NCBI GenBank assembly: GCA_964629785.1
Contig: CAZVRU010000003.1
Span: 2,740 to 66,739, forward strand
Source of the DNA: an uncultured Planctomycetia bacterium
GTDB lineage: Bacteria; Omnitrophota; Gorgyraeia; Duberdicusellales; 4484-171
Direction: 5' to 3'
Length of the DNA: 64,000 nucleotides
Part shown: positions 63,401-64,000 of the stretch, piece by piece
How the letters are laid out: each line of letters opens with the position of its first letter
How positions within the stretch are numbered: the first letter of the stretch is position 1
Program-made: the position numbers and the translations under genes
Notes under the pieces: generated by a model
What the model saw: the letters and a program-made list of their open reading frames with translations, nothing else
What the model was told of the DNA's origin: nothing
Database searches by the model: none

Positions 63401-64000
63401 TTAAAAAGAAAATTTCAGATAGGCCGCGGCCTTTCTCAGCCGTTTTCCTTCCGGGCCGAGGTCATTGATTTCGCGGATCTTTTTCCCGGCGGACCTGATT
63501 TTCAATATCCGCTGTACAGTGATCTCGCCCAGACCGGGCACACGAAGCAGTTCGAGTTTGTCGGCCTTGTTCACCTCCACCGGAAATCTTTCCGGATGGC
63601 GCAGGGCCCACATCTCTTTAGGATCGCTGGTCAGGGAAAGGTTACCGTCTTTTTCAAAAGGTATTTCTTCGGCTGTGAAACCGTATTTACGTATCAGCCA
63701 GTCTGCCTGGTAAAGACGGTGTTCCCGGGTAAGCATATCGGCATTGGCAGGCGAAGAGCGCTCTCCGGGCAGGCTTCTGTCCCCCAGGCCCCGCTGGTAG
63801 GCGCTGAAATAAATACGGTGCAGGCCCAGCTTTTTATACAATGACCATGAATAACCGACCACTTCCTTATCTGTTTCGTCAGAAGCGCCGACCACGAACT
63901 GAGTGGTCTGTTTGACCCGGGAAAAAGGCGCTCCTCTCCCGGTAAGCCTGCTGATAAGTTTGATCGGCCTGATGATATCCTGCTCATAATTCTTGGAACG
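63401..64000 (-). CDS. putative DNA modification/repair radical SAM protein, C-terminal part (runs off the window)
   Basis: The reading frame stays open to position 64000. HhH motif LLRVPGLGEITVQRIL near the C-terminus. The track GTG start at 63895 is internal. Confidence 0.6.
   Translation of the reverse strand, partial: RSKNYEQDIIRPIKLISRLTGRGAPFSRVKQTTQFVVGASDETDKEVVGYSWSLYKKLGLHRIYFSAYQRGLGDRSLPGERSSPANADMLTREHRLYQADWLIRKYGFTAEEIPFEKDGNLSLTSDPKEMWALRHPERFPVEVNKADKLELLRVPGLGEITVQRILKIRSAGKKIREINDLGPEGKRLRKAAAYLKFSF

Overview
The window looks like a metagenome-type bacterial contig. I cannot assign a taxon from the sequence alone. Nearly every credible gene is on the minus strand. I found no rRNA, tRNA or CRISPR array.

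The left ~46 kb is a patchwork of accessory and defence DNA:
- 0.4-15 kb: a 15-kb co-directional gene train made of XRE, a DUF4062/AlbA_2-type protein, a metallophosphoesterase, a RadC-like protein, a complete type I R-M system (hsdM-hsdS-hsdR), and two large unassignable ORFs of 1242 and 468 aa.
- 15.5-16.9 kb: a class D (OXA-like) beta-lactamase next to an IS200/RAYT-like Y1 transposase.
- 17-29.6 kb: mixed cargo, including a TrmO/TsaA-like gene interrupted by one in-frame TAG, a peroxiredoxin with an EncFtn-like mini-ferritin, a GIY-YIG protein, an ankyrin protein, a prepilin-like protein, a patatin lipoprotein, Fic, and a PEP-CTERM IdeS-like cysteine protease.
- 29.7-41.6 kb: a visibly AT-rich island. 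It holds a Thoeris-like operon, an orphan PD-(D/E)xK-like ORF, a DUF3800-like ORF, a three-gene GHKL-ATPase operon, and an EcoRII-like/Dcm/Vsr module.
- 44.3-45.9 kb: an AbiEi/AbiEii toxin-antitoxin pair with a perfect palindromic operator.

The right ~18 kb is ordinary core and stress DNA: nucleotide-sugar dehydrogenase, Kef-type antiporter fused to EIIA, rubrerythrin, CrcB/DUF190, RRM protein, FKBP, two ArsR regulators, GMP synthase subunit B, cupins, a GroES-like protein, HtpX, an ECF sigma/anti-sigma/Spy-like module, UvdE, and a radical-SAM DNA repair protein.

The best candidate for a new system is the operon at 29.7-32.6 kb. It has two ThsB-type TIR-like genes but no recognisable SIR2/SLOG or Macro ThsA. 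In its place are an HD-like protein, a multi-TM protein and a disordered micro-protein.

Another unusual feature is a vocabulary of stuttered short intergenic words. These fill gene gaps in the GC-richer host DNA but are absent inside the AT-rich islands.

All domain calls come from motif recognition by eye. No searches or computations were run, and GC statements are visual impressions only.
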